Part shown: positions 1-9,452 of the stretch, piece by piece
Numbering within the stretch: the first letter of the stretch is position 1
Layout: each line of letters begins with the position of its first letter
Source of the DNA: Candidatus Omnitrophota bacterium
GTDB lineage: Bacteria > Omnitrophota > Gorgyraeia > Zapsychrales > JANLHA01
Reading direction: 5' to 3'
DNA: 64,000 nt
NCBI GenBank assembly: GCA_020632535.1
Contig: JACKFJ010000003.1
Span: 38,166-102,165, forward strand
Position numbers and translations under genes: made by a program
The notes under the pieces: model-generated
Told to the model about the DNA's origin: nothing
The model's input: only the letters and a program-made list of their open reading frames with translations
The model's database searches: none

Positions 1-187
1 AGTAAAAGGCTTTTTCATGACTTTTTTAGTAAGTATTTACGTTAAAGAGTAGTCATTATAACGCATACGTCGAGCATGTCAATAATCCTTAGATGTAAGT
101 TTTTAATAAATAATTTTGAATATGTGATGACTGGTTATGATTAAAAGGTATAATCTGTAGTATCGATAAACTATTTGTGGAGAAATC

Positions 188-1021
188 ATGCTCGTTATTT
201 TTGTCACATTAACCGCAACATTTTTAATGCAGCTTGGCTATTTTATGTGGAAACTCGCTGCGGATTCTTTACCAAGAATTGGTGAAGTTCCCTTTTTGGT
301 AGGGCTACGTGGTTTTCTAACACATTGGCAATGGATGCTGGGATTTATTGCCACGGTTTTGGGGTGGATATTTTTTATTAAAGCCAGCGACCTCGGTGAA
401 ATCAGCGTCGTCCAGCCGCTCATGTCCATTGGCGATATTTTCCTAATTTTTCTAGTTGTCGTATTTTTAAAAGAGCGCTTATCTAAGCGCGAATGGGTAG
501 GAATCATACTCACAGTTTTGGGTGCAATATCATTATCGTTCGAAGCCCGCGAAGTCGCACCTGTCGCAATCAATTGGTTCGGTGCCGGAATTTTTTGTGC
601 TTTGAGTCTCGTCGTTGGAGGCATTTCTTTACTTATCGGAAAAAAGACGCAACAGCCGGAAGTGCCTTTTGGAATTGCCGTTGGTATTGGCTTTGGTTTG
701 GGCGCAAGCTTAACGGAATTAATGACTGCATATCTTACATTGTCAGGACGACATCTGGAGTCGATGGCAATGGTATTAAATCCCATTCTGCCTTTTATGA
801 TGTTGGCCAATGTTATAGGCCTTGTCTTGTTGCAAGCAGCATTTCAACGTGGACGAGCAGCGGTAATTGTGCCAATCCAATTGTCAGTAGTCAACGGGCT
901 TGTTGTCGTATCTGGCGCATTTATTTTTTCTGAAGTCATAACGATTTTACGTATTTGTGGTATTGCAACAATCATTGCTGGAACAACACTCTTACAAAAT
1001 TCAAATAGTCATGGAAAGTAA
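188..1021 (+). CDS. Polytopic membrane protein, DMT/EamA-like transporter fold (tentative)
   Basis: 277-aa ORF made almost entirely of hydrophobic helices (about 9-10). The family call rests on general resemblance only. Confidence 0.5.
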   Translation: MLVIFVTLTATFLMQLGYFMWKLAADSLPRIGEVPFLVGLRGFLTHWQWMLGFIATVLGWIFFIKASDLGEISVVQPLMSIGDIFLIFLVVVFLKERLSKREWVGIILTVLGAISLSFEAREVAPVAINWFGAGIFCALSLVVGGISLLIGKKTQQPEVPFGIAVGIGFGLGASLTELMTAYLTLSGRHLESMAMVLNPILPFMMLANVIGLVLLQAAFQRGRAAVIVPIQLSVVNGLVVVSGAFIFSEVITILRICGIATIIAGTTLLQNSNSHGK

Positions 1022-1931
1022 AAATCACTATCGCGCTGTCATTTTGTCGCCTCACTTGGATGACGCGGTGTTTTCCTGCGGTGGCGAAATCGCAAAACTT
1101 CGCTATGAAGGTAAAGTGTTAGTTATTAATATTTTCACTAAGTATCTTGAGGATGCAAAAAAAGCTGCTGTTGTATTGGGCGCGGAAAGATACGCAGAGG
1201 AGAGTGGCGCGGCTAAAACGCTTGATTACGAATATAAAAACCTTGATGAACTCGACGCGTTCTTTCGTCTGCCAATTTATCGTTCGATCGGCAATATTTT
1301 TCGACCGATCGGTCCTGTCGATTTGGAATATTGCAAAACCTTGCAACAAATTCTTTTTAAAGAATTAGAAAATCTTTCTTTCGAGCGTGTTTACGTGCCG
1401 CTCGCTATTGGATGGCATGTCGATCATTATCTGACGTTTCTGGCGATGCAAGACTTTGCGGCCAAGAACAAAGTTTATTTTTATGAAGATGCACCGTATT
1501 GTTTTATCGACACTGCCACCAATTCACGTCTGCATCAAATCCAAGGAAAGAAAGAATCCATGTTGGCCTTTTTGAAAAGATGGATTCGCGCATCAATTTC
1601 ATTTTATAAAAGCGGTATGGTGCAGACGATGCAACCGGCATGGCAAAGATATTTTGCGTTTCCGGTGACAAGTGGATACCTTTTGGGAATGTTAAAAAGT
1701 CACTTTGCGACCAAGCGCGATATTCCCACAATTGATCCACAACCTGTTATTTCTGATGTGAGTCCTTATTTTGAAATTAAGATGCAAGCAGCCAATTTAT
1801 ATAAAAGCCAAGTAAAAGAATTTTTTTGTAATTTTGACGATATGAGAAAATCTTATACTAAACACTCGAAAACCTTAGTTCCAGACAAAGAGTTTGTCGA
1901 GCGTTATTGGAAATTTAAGGAGAGCAAATAA
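1011..1931 (+). CDS. PIG-L/LmbE family deacetylase
   Basis: The N-terminal SPHLDDAVFSCGG matches the PIG-L motif (PHxDD...GG), and a later HVDH is present. The ATG at 1011 overlaps the upstream stop at 1021. The ORF-track start at 957 lies inside the upstream gene. Confidence 0.75.
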   Translation: MESKNHYRAVILSPHLDDAVFSCGGEIAKLRYEGKVLVINIFTKYLEDAKKAAVVLGAERYAEESGAAKTLDYEYKNLDELDAFFRLPIYRSIGNIFRPIGPVDLEYCKTLQQILFKELENLSFERVYVPLAIGWHVDHYLTFLAMQDFAAKNKVYFYEDAPYCFIDTATNSRLHQIQGKKESMLAFLKRWIRASISFYKSGMVQTMQPAWQRYFAFPVTSGYLLGMLKSHFATKRDIPTIDPQPVISDVSPYFEIKMQAANLYKSQVKEFFCNFDDMRKSYTKHSKTLVPDKEFVERYWKFKESK

Positions 1932-2695
1932 TGCGATTATTAAGTTGGAATGTTAACGGTATTCGGGCGGGTGAAAAGAAGGGGTTTCTCAATTGGCTCG
2001 ACAAGGAATCACCCGACATTCTATGTTTACAAGAGACAAAATGTCATCCGTCGCAGCTGGGGGACAATTTACTTAAGCCTCAAGGTTATAAAACGTTTTG
2101 GTCAGCGGCTGAAAAAGCTGGATATAGTGGCGTAGCTGTTTATACCAAAAAAGAGCCGCGTATTGTCGAAAACGGTATCGGTGTCAAAGAGTTTGATTCT
2201 GAAGGCCGGACACTCATGTTGGAATACGATACATTTGTTCTCTTTAATATCTATTTTCCTAATGGCGGGGCTGGCAATAAGCGTGTGCCGTTTAAAATGT
2301 CATTTTATGATGCGTTTTTAAAGCGAGTAGAGAAACTTAAGAAAGCAGGAAAGAAAATTATTATTTGCGGCGATGTTAATACCGCGCATACCGAAATTGA
2401 TTTAGCGCGTCCCAAAGAAAATCAAAAAAATACGGGGTTTTTACCGGAAGAACGCGAGTGGATGACAAAATTTATTAATCACGGCTATGTTGATACATTC
2501 AGGCATTTTCAAAAAGACGGGGGACAATATAGCTGGTGGGATTATAAAACCGGCGCGCGAGCAAGAAATGTCGGTTGGCGCATTGATTATTTTTTTATTA
2601 GTGAAAATTTACTGCCGCAGTTAAAAAGTGGCTTTATATTGTCTGATGTTATGGGATCTGACCATTGTCCAGTGGGTATTGCCGTCAGCCTATAG
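1931..2695 (+). CDS. xth: Exodeoxyribonuclease III (AP endonuclease, EEP fold)
   Basis: MRLLSWNVNGIRA..., LCLQETK, GDVNTAHTEIDL and a SDHCPV C-terminus are collinear with the ExoIII/Xth family. Its start overlaps the upstream stop as TAATG. Confidence 0.9.
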   Translation: MRLLSWNVNGIRAGEKKGFLNWLDKESPDILCLQETKCHPSQLGDNLLKPQGYKTFWSAAEKAGYSGVAVYTKKEPRIVENGIGVKEFDSEGRTLMLEYDTFVLFNIYFPNGGAGNKRVPFKMSFYDAFLKRVEKLKKAGKKIIICGDVNTAHTEIDLARPKENQKNTGFLPEEREWMTKFINHGYVDTFRHFQKDGGQYSWWDYKTGARARNVGWRIDYFFISENLLPQLKSGFILSDVMGSDHCPVGIAVSL

Positions 2696-2697
2696 TG

Positions 2698-3160
2698 ACC
2701 ATTGCGAGCCGCGAAGAGCGCGAGTCCTTGTTAGAACTAGGAGCGAATAATAACACCCATTGCAAGGAGCAAAGCGACGCGGCAAAAATAGTGTCCATTG
2801 CGAGCCCCGCAGGGCGCGGCAATCTATTAGAATTAAAAGTGAAATGAAGAAACTTGATCACATCTGGCATTCTTTTAATGTATTTTGTCATTCCCGCAAT
2901 ATATTTTGTCATTTTCTCAATGTATTCTGTCATTCCCGTAATATATTTTGTCATTCCCGCGAAAGCGGGAATCCACTTTCAAAAAATGGATCCCCGATAA
3001 AAGCATTCGGGGATGACAATATTTTCGTCCATTGCGAGCCCAGAATTATAGCTCTCATTGCAAGGAGCGAAGCGACACGGCAATCATGGATAGATTGCTT
3101 CGTCACTACGTTCCTCGCAATGGGAATACGGATTGCCACGCCCTTCGGGCTCGCAATGGT
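2698..3160. repeat. Composite palindromic repeat block R1 (left bracket of cassette)
   Basis: Contains three cattgcgag-type modules, a conserved spacer, four 21-bp units, the hairpin attcccgc-gaaa-gcgggaat, the hairpin atccccga..tcggggat, and nested palindromes ccattgcgagccc (3029-3041) / gggctcgcaatgg (3147-3159). Positions 2698-3027 are near-identical to 12488-12770. Confidence 0.9.
2877..2960. repeat. Tandem array of four 21-bp units (aatRtattYtgtcattYYcgY)
   Basis: Units at 2877-2897, 2898-2918, 2919-2939 and 2940-2960 abut directly with no spacers. The last unit supplies the 5' arm of the hairpin that closes at 2965-2972. Confidence 0.9.
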
Positions 3161-3169
3161 TGAGATTTT

Positions 3170-5155
3170 TTACTGCGCAAGAATTTTAAGCAAAGCATCT
3201 TGGCTAGATTGGGCGCCTTTGTGATCTGGGTTGATTGTAAGAGCCATTTTGAAATCCTTAGCCGCTTCCTGATATCTTCCTGTTATCGCCAAAACATTTC
3301 CACGCCCATAATAAGCATCCGCGTACTTTGGATCAATGGAAAGTGCCTTATTATAATTTTTTAATGCCTCATTAAGCATTCTTTTCTGCTCAAAAACCAC
3401 CCCAAGATTTTTATAAATTTCACTATTTCGAGGATCAAGTGCTACCGACCGCTGAAAATCCGCCAATGCCAAGTCATATTGTTTTCTGATTCCATAAATC
3501 GATCCGCGCTTATTATAACCAATCGCCGACTGTGGATTAATCATGATAAGCTTTTGAAAATGCTCAAATGCACGATCAAATTCGCCCTTAGCCAAATAAA
3601 AATCACCGAGATTATAATGAGCTTCGGCATTCTGCGGATCGATTTCAAGCGCCTTGTTAAAACTCTCAGAAGCTTTTTCCAAATCATTATTCATCAAAAA
3701 AACAATTCCAAGATTATTATAAGCTTCATCAAAATTGGGTTTAAGTTCGATCGCTTTTAAAAAATCATTTAAAGCCGCATCCGTTTTTCCACTCATCCCA
3801 TACAATTGCCCGCGACTGTTATAACTTTCAGCGTATTTGGGATCAACAGCAATGGACTTATTAAAATCATTTAGTGCAAGTTGATATTGTCGTGCATCCT
3901 TATAAGCCTCGCCACGATTACCATAAGCCATCGCATTGTCGGGATAATATTTGATTTCGTGAGTCCAGAACGTGACGCTATTATTCCAGATTTTTGTTTG
4001 CGCAAACGTCTTTGAGCAGAGCATAAGAGCGATCAACACAAGAGACGCCGTTAGAGCTTTACGAAACACTTCTTTTTTGGAAATTTTCTTTAAAAGATAA
4101 TCGATGCAATATCCGACAAGAAAACAGATGCCAAGACACGGAAGATATAAAAACCGATCCGCTACGATACTTTTATCAACGACACTGTCATAACGAAAAA
4201 GAAAAAACATCGATAAAAAATAAAATCCCAAGGCAAACCAAAGCCAACGATTCCGGCGCCAAACAAAAGCCACAATTGCAATACCAATCAATAATGCAGC
4301 AGCACCAAGATAATGCGGATTCATTAACGAAATAGGTTGCGGCAAAGCATACATCGGGACTAACGGAGAAGGGAAAAAGAATTTAGAAATATAAAACATG
4401 GCGGTCCAAATCCAAATAATCGCGCCCGAGGAAATATTTTCACCGGGAACACGCGCGTTTAAAGAATACGTGATCCACGCAATCGAAACGATATAGAGAA
4501 AATGGGGAATTTTATCAATAATCATCCACTTATCAAACTGTCTCTTTTTAAGCCAGTCGCACACAAATAAAATCAAAGGCAAACTCAATGCCATCGGTTT
4601 CGCCAAAATACTCAAAAGCCCAAAGACAATAGTTAGGGCGTACGCAAGCATTTTTCGTGTCGACAAATATCGCCAATAAAAACAAAGCGCCAACATATAA
4701 AAAAACGCGTAGAGAACATCCTTGCGTTCCGTGACCCACGCCACCGACTCGACATGCATTGGATGAATTCCAAATAATAACGCAGCCACAAAAGCCGCTC
4801 GCAAAGGCAAATTGACTTGTAGGGCAAAATAAAAAACCAATGCGGTTACCGCAAGGTGCAGCAACAAATTATTCAAGTGATAAATAAAAGGATTATATTT
4901 AAAGAAATGATATTCAATGGCAAAGGAAAGGAATGTCAGGGGAACGTAAACCTTGCTAACAGTCGTTGTAAAGATTTCCTGAACATGTTGCGCGTCAAGA
5001 ACACGAATAGCCGCGTTCTCTAAAAGATGCGAATCATCGTCAAAATAAATAAAATTATTTCGCAATGTCGGCAAGTACGATAAAAAAGTGATGGCAAGGA
5101 TAATCAACAAAACCTTCACTGCATTTTTCGTCAAGAGATTATTACTTGTCATCAA
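3170..5155 (-). CDS. GT-C-type membrane glycosyltransferase with C-terminal TPR array (TMTC/DUF1736-like), paralog 1
   Basis: 661 aa. The first-loop motif is FIYFDDDSHLLEN. The DUF1736-like signature is HPMHVESVAWVTERKDVLY. It has about 10 TM helices followed by about 8 TPR units (AxxYxNRGxxY periodicity). Confidence 0.75.
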   Translation of the reverse strand: MMTSNNLLTKNAVKVLLIILAITFLSYLPTLRNNFIYFDDDSHLLENAAIRVLDAQHVQEIFTTTVSKVYVPLTFLSFAIEYHFFKYNPFIYHLNNLLLHLAVTALVFYFALQVNLPLRAAFVAALLFGIHPMHVESVAWVTERKDVLYAFFYMLALCFYWRYLSTRKMLAYALTIVFGLLSILAKPMALSLPLILFVCDWLKKRQFDKWMIIDKIPHFLYIVSIAWITYSLNARVPGENISSGAIIWIWTAMFYISKFFFPSPLVPMYALPQPISLMNPHYLGAAALLIGIAIVAFVWRRNRWLWFALGFYFLSMFFLFRYDSVVDKSIVADRFLYLPCLGICFLVGYCIDYLLKKISKKEVFRKALTASLVLIALMLCSKTFAQTKIWNNSVTFWTHEIKYYPDNAMAYGNRGEAYKDARQYQLALNDFNKSIAVDPKYAESYNSRGQLYGMSGKTDAALNDFLKAIELKPNFDEAYNNLGIVFLMNNDLEKASESFNKALEIDPQNAEAHYNLGDFYLAKGEFDRAFEHFQKLIMINPQSAIGYNKRGSIYGIRKQYDLALADFQRSVALDPRNSEIYKNLGVVFEQKRMLNEALKNYNKALSIDPKYADAYYGRGNVLAITGRYQEAAKDFKMALTINPDHKGAQSSQDALLKILAQ

Positions 5156-7037
5156 TACTCCGCTGTAAGTCTTGTACGAGTTTCATTTTTAAGTCATCAA
5201 TAAACTTTTCATCTATTTTATATCCAGCTTTTCGCGCGCGCTCCGCCGACATGAGCGACATATCATAAATTCCCAATTCATAAAAAACCTGCGAACAATT
5301 AAAATACGCATTTGCTGACACTTGCTGCCATTTAAAAACTTTTTGACAATCATTTCGTGCCTTGTCCGTTAATTTCATGTGTAAATAACATAGAGCACGA
5401 TAACTGTACGCGTCAGGATAATTGGGTGCCAACTTAATCGCTCGGGATAAGTCCGCCAAACCTTTATCAAATTCACCAAGACGAACATAAAGCATACCGC
5501 GATTCCCGTAACCTAGAACATAGTCGGGATCGGAAGCAATCGCGCGACTAAAATCTTCCAATGCCGCAGGTATTTTTCCCTCTTTTTCAAAAAGCAATCC
5601 ACGATTGTTATAAGCACCACTATAATTCGAATCCGATTCAATCGCTTTTGTATATTCTAAAATTGCTTCTTTTGTGTCCCCAGTTCGTTCATAAATCATG
5701 GCAAGATTCTTATGCACTTTGGAATAAGTCGGATTAATGCGCACAGATTCTTGATAGTCAGCTAAAGCAAGATCATATTGCTCACGACTAACATAAATTC
5801 GGCCACGATTATTGTATGCGACAAACGATTCTGGTGAATGCTTAACCGTATAATTCCAAAACGTAAAAGAATCCTTCCAAATCGAAATCTGTGAAAAAGT
5901 TTTGATCGACAAAGCCAAGGCCGCAACAATCAAGACCGTAATGATGACATTTTGTGCGACAACAGAAAGAAAGTTTTCCTTCCAGAGCCTTTCAATTACG
6001 TATCCGACAAAAAGACAAAACCCAACGCTGGGAAGATACATATAGCGGTCAGCAACAATTTGCATAAAACGTGGATAATCAAAGTTTAAAAGAAAGAAAA
6101 TCGACGAAATATACCATAACAGCGCGAAGCGAAACCAACGGTTTTCCCAAACAATTCCAACAAAAACACTGCCCGCGACTATAAGAACCGCAAACCAGTA
6201 TTGAAAATGAAGAATATTGGCTGGTAAAACCGGAACATAGACCGGAACGAGAAAAAAAGGCCAAAAGAATTTCTTAATATAAAATGCAGCGGCCCAAAAC
6301 CTTAACAATAGATTTGAATCAACCGTTTGTGAAAGGGAATTGGCACTCATTAAAAATGTTATAGCGGCTAAAGGAATAATAAATATGAAATATGGGATTT
6401 TATTAAAATAATCTTCATTTTTAAATTTCCCATTTAAGAACCAATCACACAATAACAATATCAATGGCAAACTTAAGGCCATGGGTTTTGCCAGCATACT
6501 GATAAATCCCATCGTAAGTGACAGCCCATAATATAACCATTTCCTTGTTTTTAAGAAACGCAAATACCACAAAACCGCGCCCAAATAAAACACACTATAA
6601 AGAACATCTTTGCGCTCAGTAGCCCAAGCCACGGACTCAACATGCATAGGATGAAGGCTAAAAATAAAGGCCGCGATGATTGATCCACTGTTTCCAAGTC
6701 CCAACGCTAAACTCAAGCGAAAGATTAAAAAAACCACAAGCAAATGCAAAAGAATATTATTTAGGTAGTAGAGCCATGGATTAAGGCCAACGAAATGATA
6801 TTCCACGGCAAATGATAAAATTGTTAAGGGAATATATGTTTTTTGAACTGTCGACGTCATAATGTTCCAGACGTTTTGTGGAGACACGGAACGGATTTGC
6901 GGATTATCAACAATATGAGTGTTATCGTCCCAATTGATAAATTCATGACGAAGTGTGGGAGAGTAGATCACAAAAGATACAAAAAGAAGCACGCCGATCA
7001 TAAGGAGATGTTGATGATCTTTGAGAAAAGTTTTCAT
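5142..7037 (-). CDS. GT-C/TPR (TMTC/DUF1736-like) glycosyltransferase, paralog 2 (most divergent)
   Basis: 631 aa with FINWDDNTHIVDN, HPMHVESVAWATERKDVLY and C-terminal TPRs. Its 3' end overlaps the paralog 1 start by 14 nt. Confidence 0.75.
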   Translation of the reverse strand: MKTFLKDHQHLLMIGVLLFVSFVIYSPTLRHEFINWDDNTHIVDNPQIRSVSPQNVWNIMTSTVQKTYIPLTILSFAVEYHFVGLNPWLYYLNNILLHLLVVFLIFRLSLALGLGNSGSIIAAFIFSLHPMHVESVAWATERKDVLYSVFYLGAVLWYLRFLKTRKWLYYGLSLTMGFISMLAKPMALSLPLILLLCDWFLNGKFKNEDYFNKIPYFIFIIPLAAITFLMSANSLSQTVDSNLLLRFWAAAFYIKKFFWPFFLVPVYVPVLPANILHFQYWFAVLIVAGSVFVGIVWENRWFRFALLWYISSIFFLLNFDYPRFMQIVADRYMYLPSVGFCLFVGYVIERLWKENFLSVVAQNVIITVLIVAALALSIKTFSQISIWKDSFTFWNYTVKHSPESFVAYNNRGRIYVSREQYDLALADYQESVRINPTYSKVHKNLAMIYERTGDTKEAILEYTKAIESDSNYSGAYNNRGLLFEKEGKIPAALEDFSRAIASDPDYVLGYGNRGMLYVRLGEFDKGLADLSRAIKLAPNYPDAYSYRALCYLHMKLTDKARNDCQKVFKWQQVSANAYFNCSQVFYELGIYDMSLMSAERARKAGYKIDEKFIDDLKMKLVQDLQRSIDDK

Positions 7038-7040
7038 TCG

Positions 7041-9038
7041 CTACTTCTTTTTTGCTTTTTCGCCATCGGTAAGAATTTTTATCAAAGCTCTTTGACTCAT
7101 TTTGGCTCCCTCATGATCTGGGTTAATTGCGAGAGCCGCGCTAAAATCTTTGGCCGCTTCTCCATACCGACCGGTAATGGCAAAGACATTGCCGCGACCA
7201 AAATACGCATCAACATATTTAGGATCAATAGCCAAAGCTTTGTTGTAATTTGCAATCGCTTCATTAAACATTTTTTTTTGCTCAAAAACAATACCACGGT
7301 TTTTATAAACCTCACTGTTTCGGGGATCCAACGCCAAGGAACGATTAAAATCTGCCAATGCTAAATCATATTGTTTTCGCATTCCCAAGATCATCCCGCG
7401 CTTGTTATATCCACCCGCGGAATTAGGATTAATCATTAAATGCCTCTGAAAAAATTGAAATGACTGATCATATTCACCGTTTAGAAAATGGAAATTCCCA
7501 AGATTATAAAGTGCCTCCGCATTTTGCGGATCCATTGCGAGGGCTTTTTGAAAATATGAAGCCGCTTGCGGCATATCGTTTTTCATGGCGTAAATAATGC
7601 CGATATTGTTATAAGTTTCATCAAAATTTGGTTTAAGTTCCAAAGTTTTTAGAAAATCCTGCAAAGCCTCATCGAGCTTGCCACTCATTCCCAGCATTTG
7701 CCCGCGGCTATTGTAACCTTCAGCGTAGTCCGGATCTACCTCTACAGCTTTATTAAAATCCGCGAAAGCCAATTGATATTTCCCGGCATCTTTGTAAGCT
7801 TCACCGCGATTGACAAGCGCCATGGCATTCGTCGGATAATATTTGAGTTCATGACTCCAAAATGGAATATTGGCACTCCAGATTTTTGTTTGCGCAAATG
7901 TCTTGCCACACAACATAAGGGCGATAAAGATAAGGAAGATAATAATCGCTGTTTCCCATTTCTTTTTGTTGGCAACTTTTTTAAATATAAGATCTATCCA
8001 ATACCCAAACAAAAAGCAAAACCCCACAGAAGGCAAATACATAAAGCGATTTGATGTCGGCGGTAAATACTTAATATCATCAAAACGAAAAAGAAAGAAA
8101 ATAGAGACTAAATAAAAAAGAAATGAAAATATTAATAATGTATTCCTACGAAAATGCCATAGGACAAATCCTAAAGAAATTGTGATCAGAAATGAAAAAG
8201 CAAATTCAGGATTAAAAATCGTAAACGGCTTTGGAAATTGCGTAAAAAGAACCAGATCAACAGGCCACACAAATTTTTGCAGATAAAACGCAAAGCACCA
8301 AACCCAGAACAATATGGCTTCGTATACATTTTGAATTGGATTGCGAGCATTCAGAAGATATGTCAACATCGCAATCGGAATAATATAAAGAAAATGTGGA
8401 ATCTTATCTAGGATCATCCATTTGTCAAACTGACGTTTTTTGTACCAATCGCAGACCAAAAAAATCAGTGGTAAACTCAGCGCCATGGATTTGGCTAAAA
8501 TGCTTAACACCCCAAATCCGATTGTTGCGATATATAAAATAATTTTTCGCGATGATAAATACTGCCAATAAAAGCAAACCGCCAACATATAAAAGAAGGA
8601 GTAGAGGACATCTTTGCGTTCGGTCACCCACGCCACCGATTCGACGTGCATTGGATGAATTCCAAACAATAATCCACCAATAAAGGCCGCGCGCAAGGGT
8701 AGGCCAATTTGCAAAGCAAAATAAAAGATCAAAGACGTGACAGCCAAATGCAAAAGAAGATTATTAAGGTGATACACAAAAGGATTGTATTTAAAGAAAT
8801 GATACTCGACAGCAAATGATAAAGTGGTTAAGGGAACATAAGTGGGGTTAAACGGCTTGGTAAAAATCTGCTTGATATGGTCAAAATCGAGGCCACGAAC
8901 AGCCACATTGTCATAGAGATGCAAATTGTCGTCATTGTTAAGAAAACCGCTCTTTAATGTCGGTAAATAAGACAAGAAAGTAGTCAACAAAATGATAGCA
9001 AGAAAACTCGCGACTTTTGTTTTATAGCCGTATGTCAT
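7041..9038 (-). CDS. GT-C/TPR (TMTC/DUF1736-like) glycosyltransferase, paralog 3
   Basis: 665 aa with FLNNDDNLHLYDN and HPMHVESVAWVTERKDVLY. The TPR region is nearly collinear with paralog 1. There is a GGA-rich SD upstream of the ATG at 9038. Confidence 0.75.
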   Translation of the reverse strand: MTYGYKTKVASFLAIILLTTFLSYLPTLKSGFLNNDDNLHLYDNVAVRGLDFDHIKQIFTKPFNPTYVPLTTLSFAVEYHFFKYNPFVYHLNNLLLHLAVTSLIFYFALQIGLPLRAAFIGGLLFGIHPMHVESVAWVTERKDVLYSFFYMLAVCFYWQYLSSRKIILYIATIGFGVLSILAKSMALSLPLIFLVCDWYKKRQFDKWMILDKIPHFLYIIPIAMLTYLLNARNPIQNVYEAILFWVWCFAFYLQKFVWPVDLVLFTQFPKPFTIFNPEFAFSFLITISLGFVLWHFRRNTLLIFSFLFYLVSIFFLFRFDDIKYLPPTSNRFMYLPSVGFCFLFGYWIDLIFKKVANKKKWETAIIIFLIFIALMLCGKTFAQTKIWSANIPFWSHELKYYPTNAMALVNRGEAYKDAGKYQLAFADFNKAVEVDPDYAEGYNSRGQMLGMSGKLDEALQDFLKTLELKPNFDETYNNIGIIYAMKNDMPQAASYFQKALAMDPQNAEALYNLGNFHFLNGEYDQSFQFFQRHLMINPNSAGGYNKRGMILGMRKQYDLALADFNRSLALDPRNSEVYKNRGIVFEQKKMFNEAIANYNKALAIDPKYVDAYFGRGNVFAITGRYGEAAKDFSAALAINPDHEGAKMSQRALIKILTDGEKAKKK

Positions 9039-9056
9039 AGGTAGTATCCTTGGTGA

Positions 9057-9084
9057 ATTGTAACGTAAAGTCCGCTACTTTCAA
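9057..9084 (-). promoter_or_regulatory. Candidate sigma70 promoter for the GT-C/TPR trio
   Basis: On the minus strand: TTGAAA (9084-9079), a 16-nt spacer, TACAAT (9062-9057), then an aagga SD and the ATG at 9038. Confidence 0.4.
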
Positions 9085-9107
9085 GCACTTTAAAAGACAA
9101 AAATGTG

Positions 9108-9136
9108 TTGCTAGAGTTGCAGTACGTGTTTATATT
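9108..9136 (+). promoter_or_regulatory. Candidate sigma70 promoter reading into repeat R2 and the propeller gene
   Basis: TTGCTA (9108-9113), a 17-nt spacer, TATATT (9131-9136). It lies back-to-back with the minus-strand promoter. Confidence 0.35.
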
Positions 9137-9196
9137 TATTGGTATCATGTATTTTGACCATTATGAAATTGGAACTGAAATAAAATGAAACAATCG

Positions 9197-9452
9197 AATA
9201 TAATCTGTCATTCCCGCTATATATTTTGTCATTTTCTCAATTTATTCTGTCATTCTCTCAATGTATTCTGTCATTCCCGCAATCTCTTAGCGGGAATCCA
9301 TAATTTGAAAAATAGATCCCCGATGACCAACGGAAATCCCCGGTTCGAGGGGATTAGAGTATTCGGGGATGACAATATTCTTGCCCATTGCGAGCCCCGC
9401 AGGGCGCGGCAATCTCGAATAGATTGCTTCGTCGCTACGTTCTTCGCAATGG
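9197..9452. repeat. Composite palindromic repeat block R2 (internal copy)
   Basis: Four 21-bp units (9197-9217, 9218-9238, 9239-9259, 9260-9280). Hairpin attcccgc(9273-9280)/gcgggaat(9290-9297). Nested hairpins atccccga..aatcccc-ggttcga-ggggatt..tcggggat. Then cattgcgagccccgcagggcgcggcaatc...agattgcttcgtcgctacgttcttcgcaatgg. The module order is the same as in R1 and R3. Confidence 0.9.

Noticed and set aside
1-17. Possible minus-strand gene start (ATG at 17-15, MKKPFT...) running off the left edge
   Set aside because: Only six codons are visible, which is insufficient to call a gene.
238-810. Long antisense or alternate-frame ORFs inside well-supported genes, for example 238-810(-), 493-933(+), 15684-16052(-), 20080-20481(+), 20965-21315(+), 27966-28376(-), 38832-39113(-), 41354-41665(-), 48494-48901(-), 56888-57292(-), 58189-58581(-)
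   Set aside because: They are shadow ORFs of strongly supported genes on the other strand or frame. Their composition is low-complexity or Arg/Ser-rich and shows no recognisable motifs.
2877-2960. 21-bp tandem units considered as a CRISPR array (likewise 9197-9280 and 12641-12703)
   Set aside because: The units abut directly with no spacers. At 21 nt they are shorter than CRISPR repeats. There are only 3-4 copies and no cas genes in the window.
2760-3224. ORFs running through the repeat blocks: 2760-3224(+), 2685-2954(-), 2951-3139(-), 2665-2847(+), 9271-9540(-), 12518-12799(+), and the 9185-9448 part of the long ORF
   Set aside because: Their sequences (FCHSRNIFCH, GMTKYI, HCEPRRARQS, LAMVTIG) are direct read-outs of palindromic repeat DNA. 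The same repeats occur in both orientations at other loci, and no convincing ribosome-binding sites are present. A real heptad peptide is noted as a remote possibility under the 21-bp array finding.
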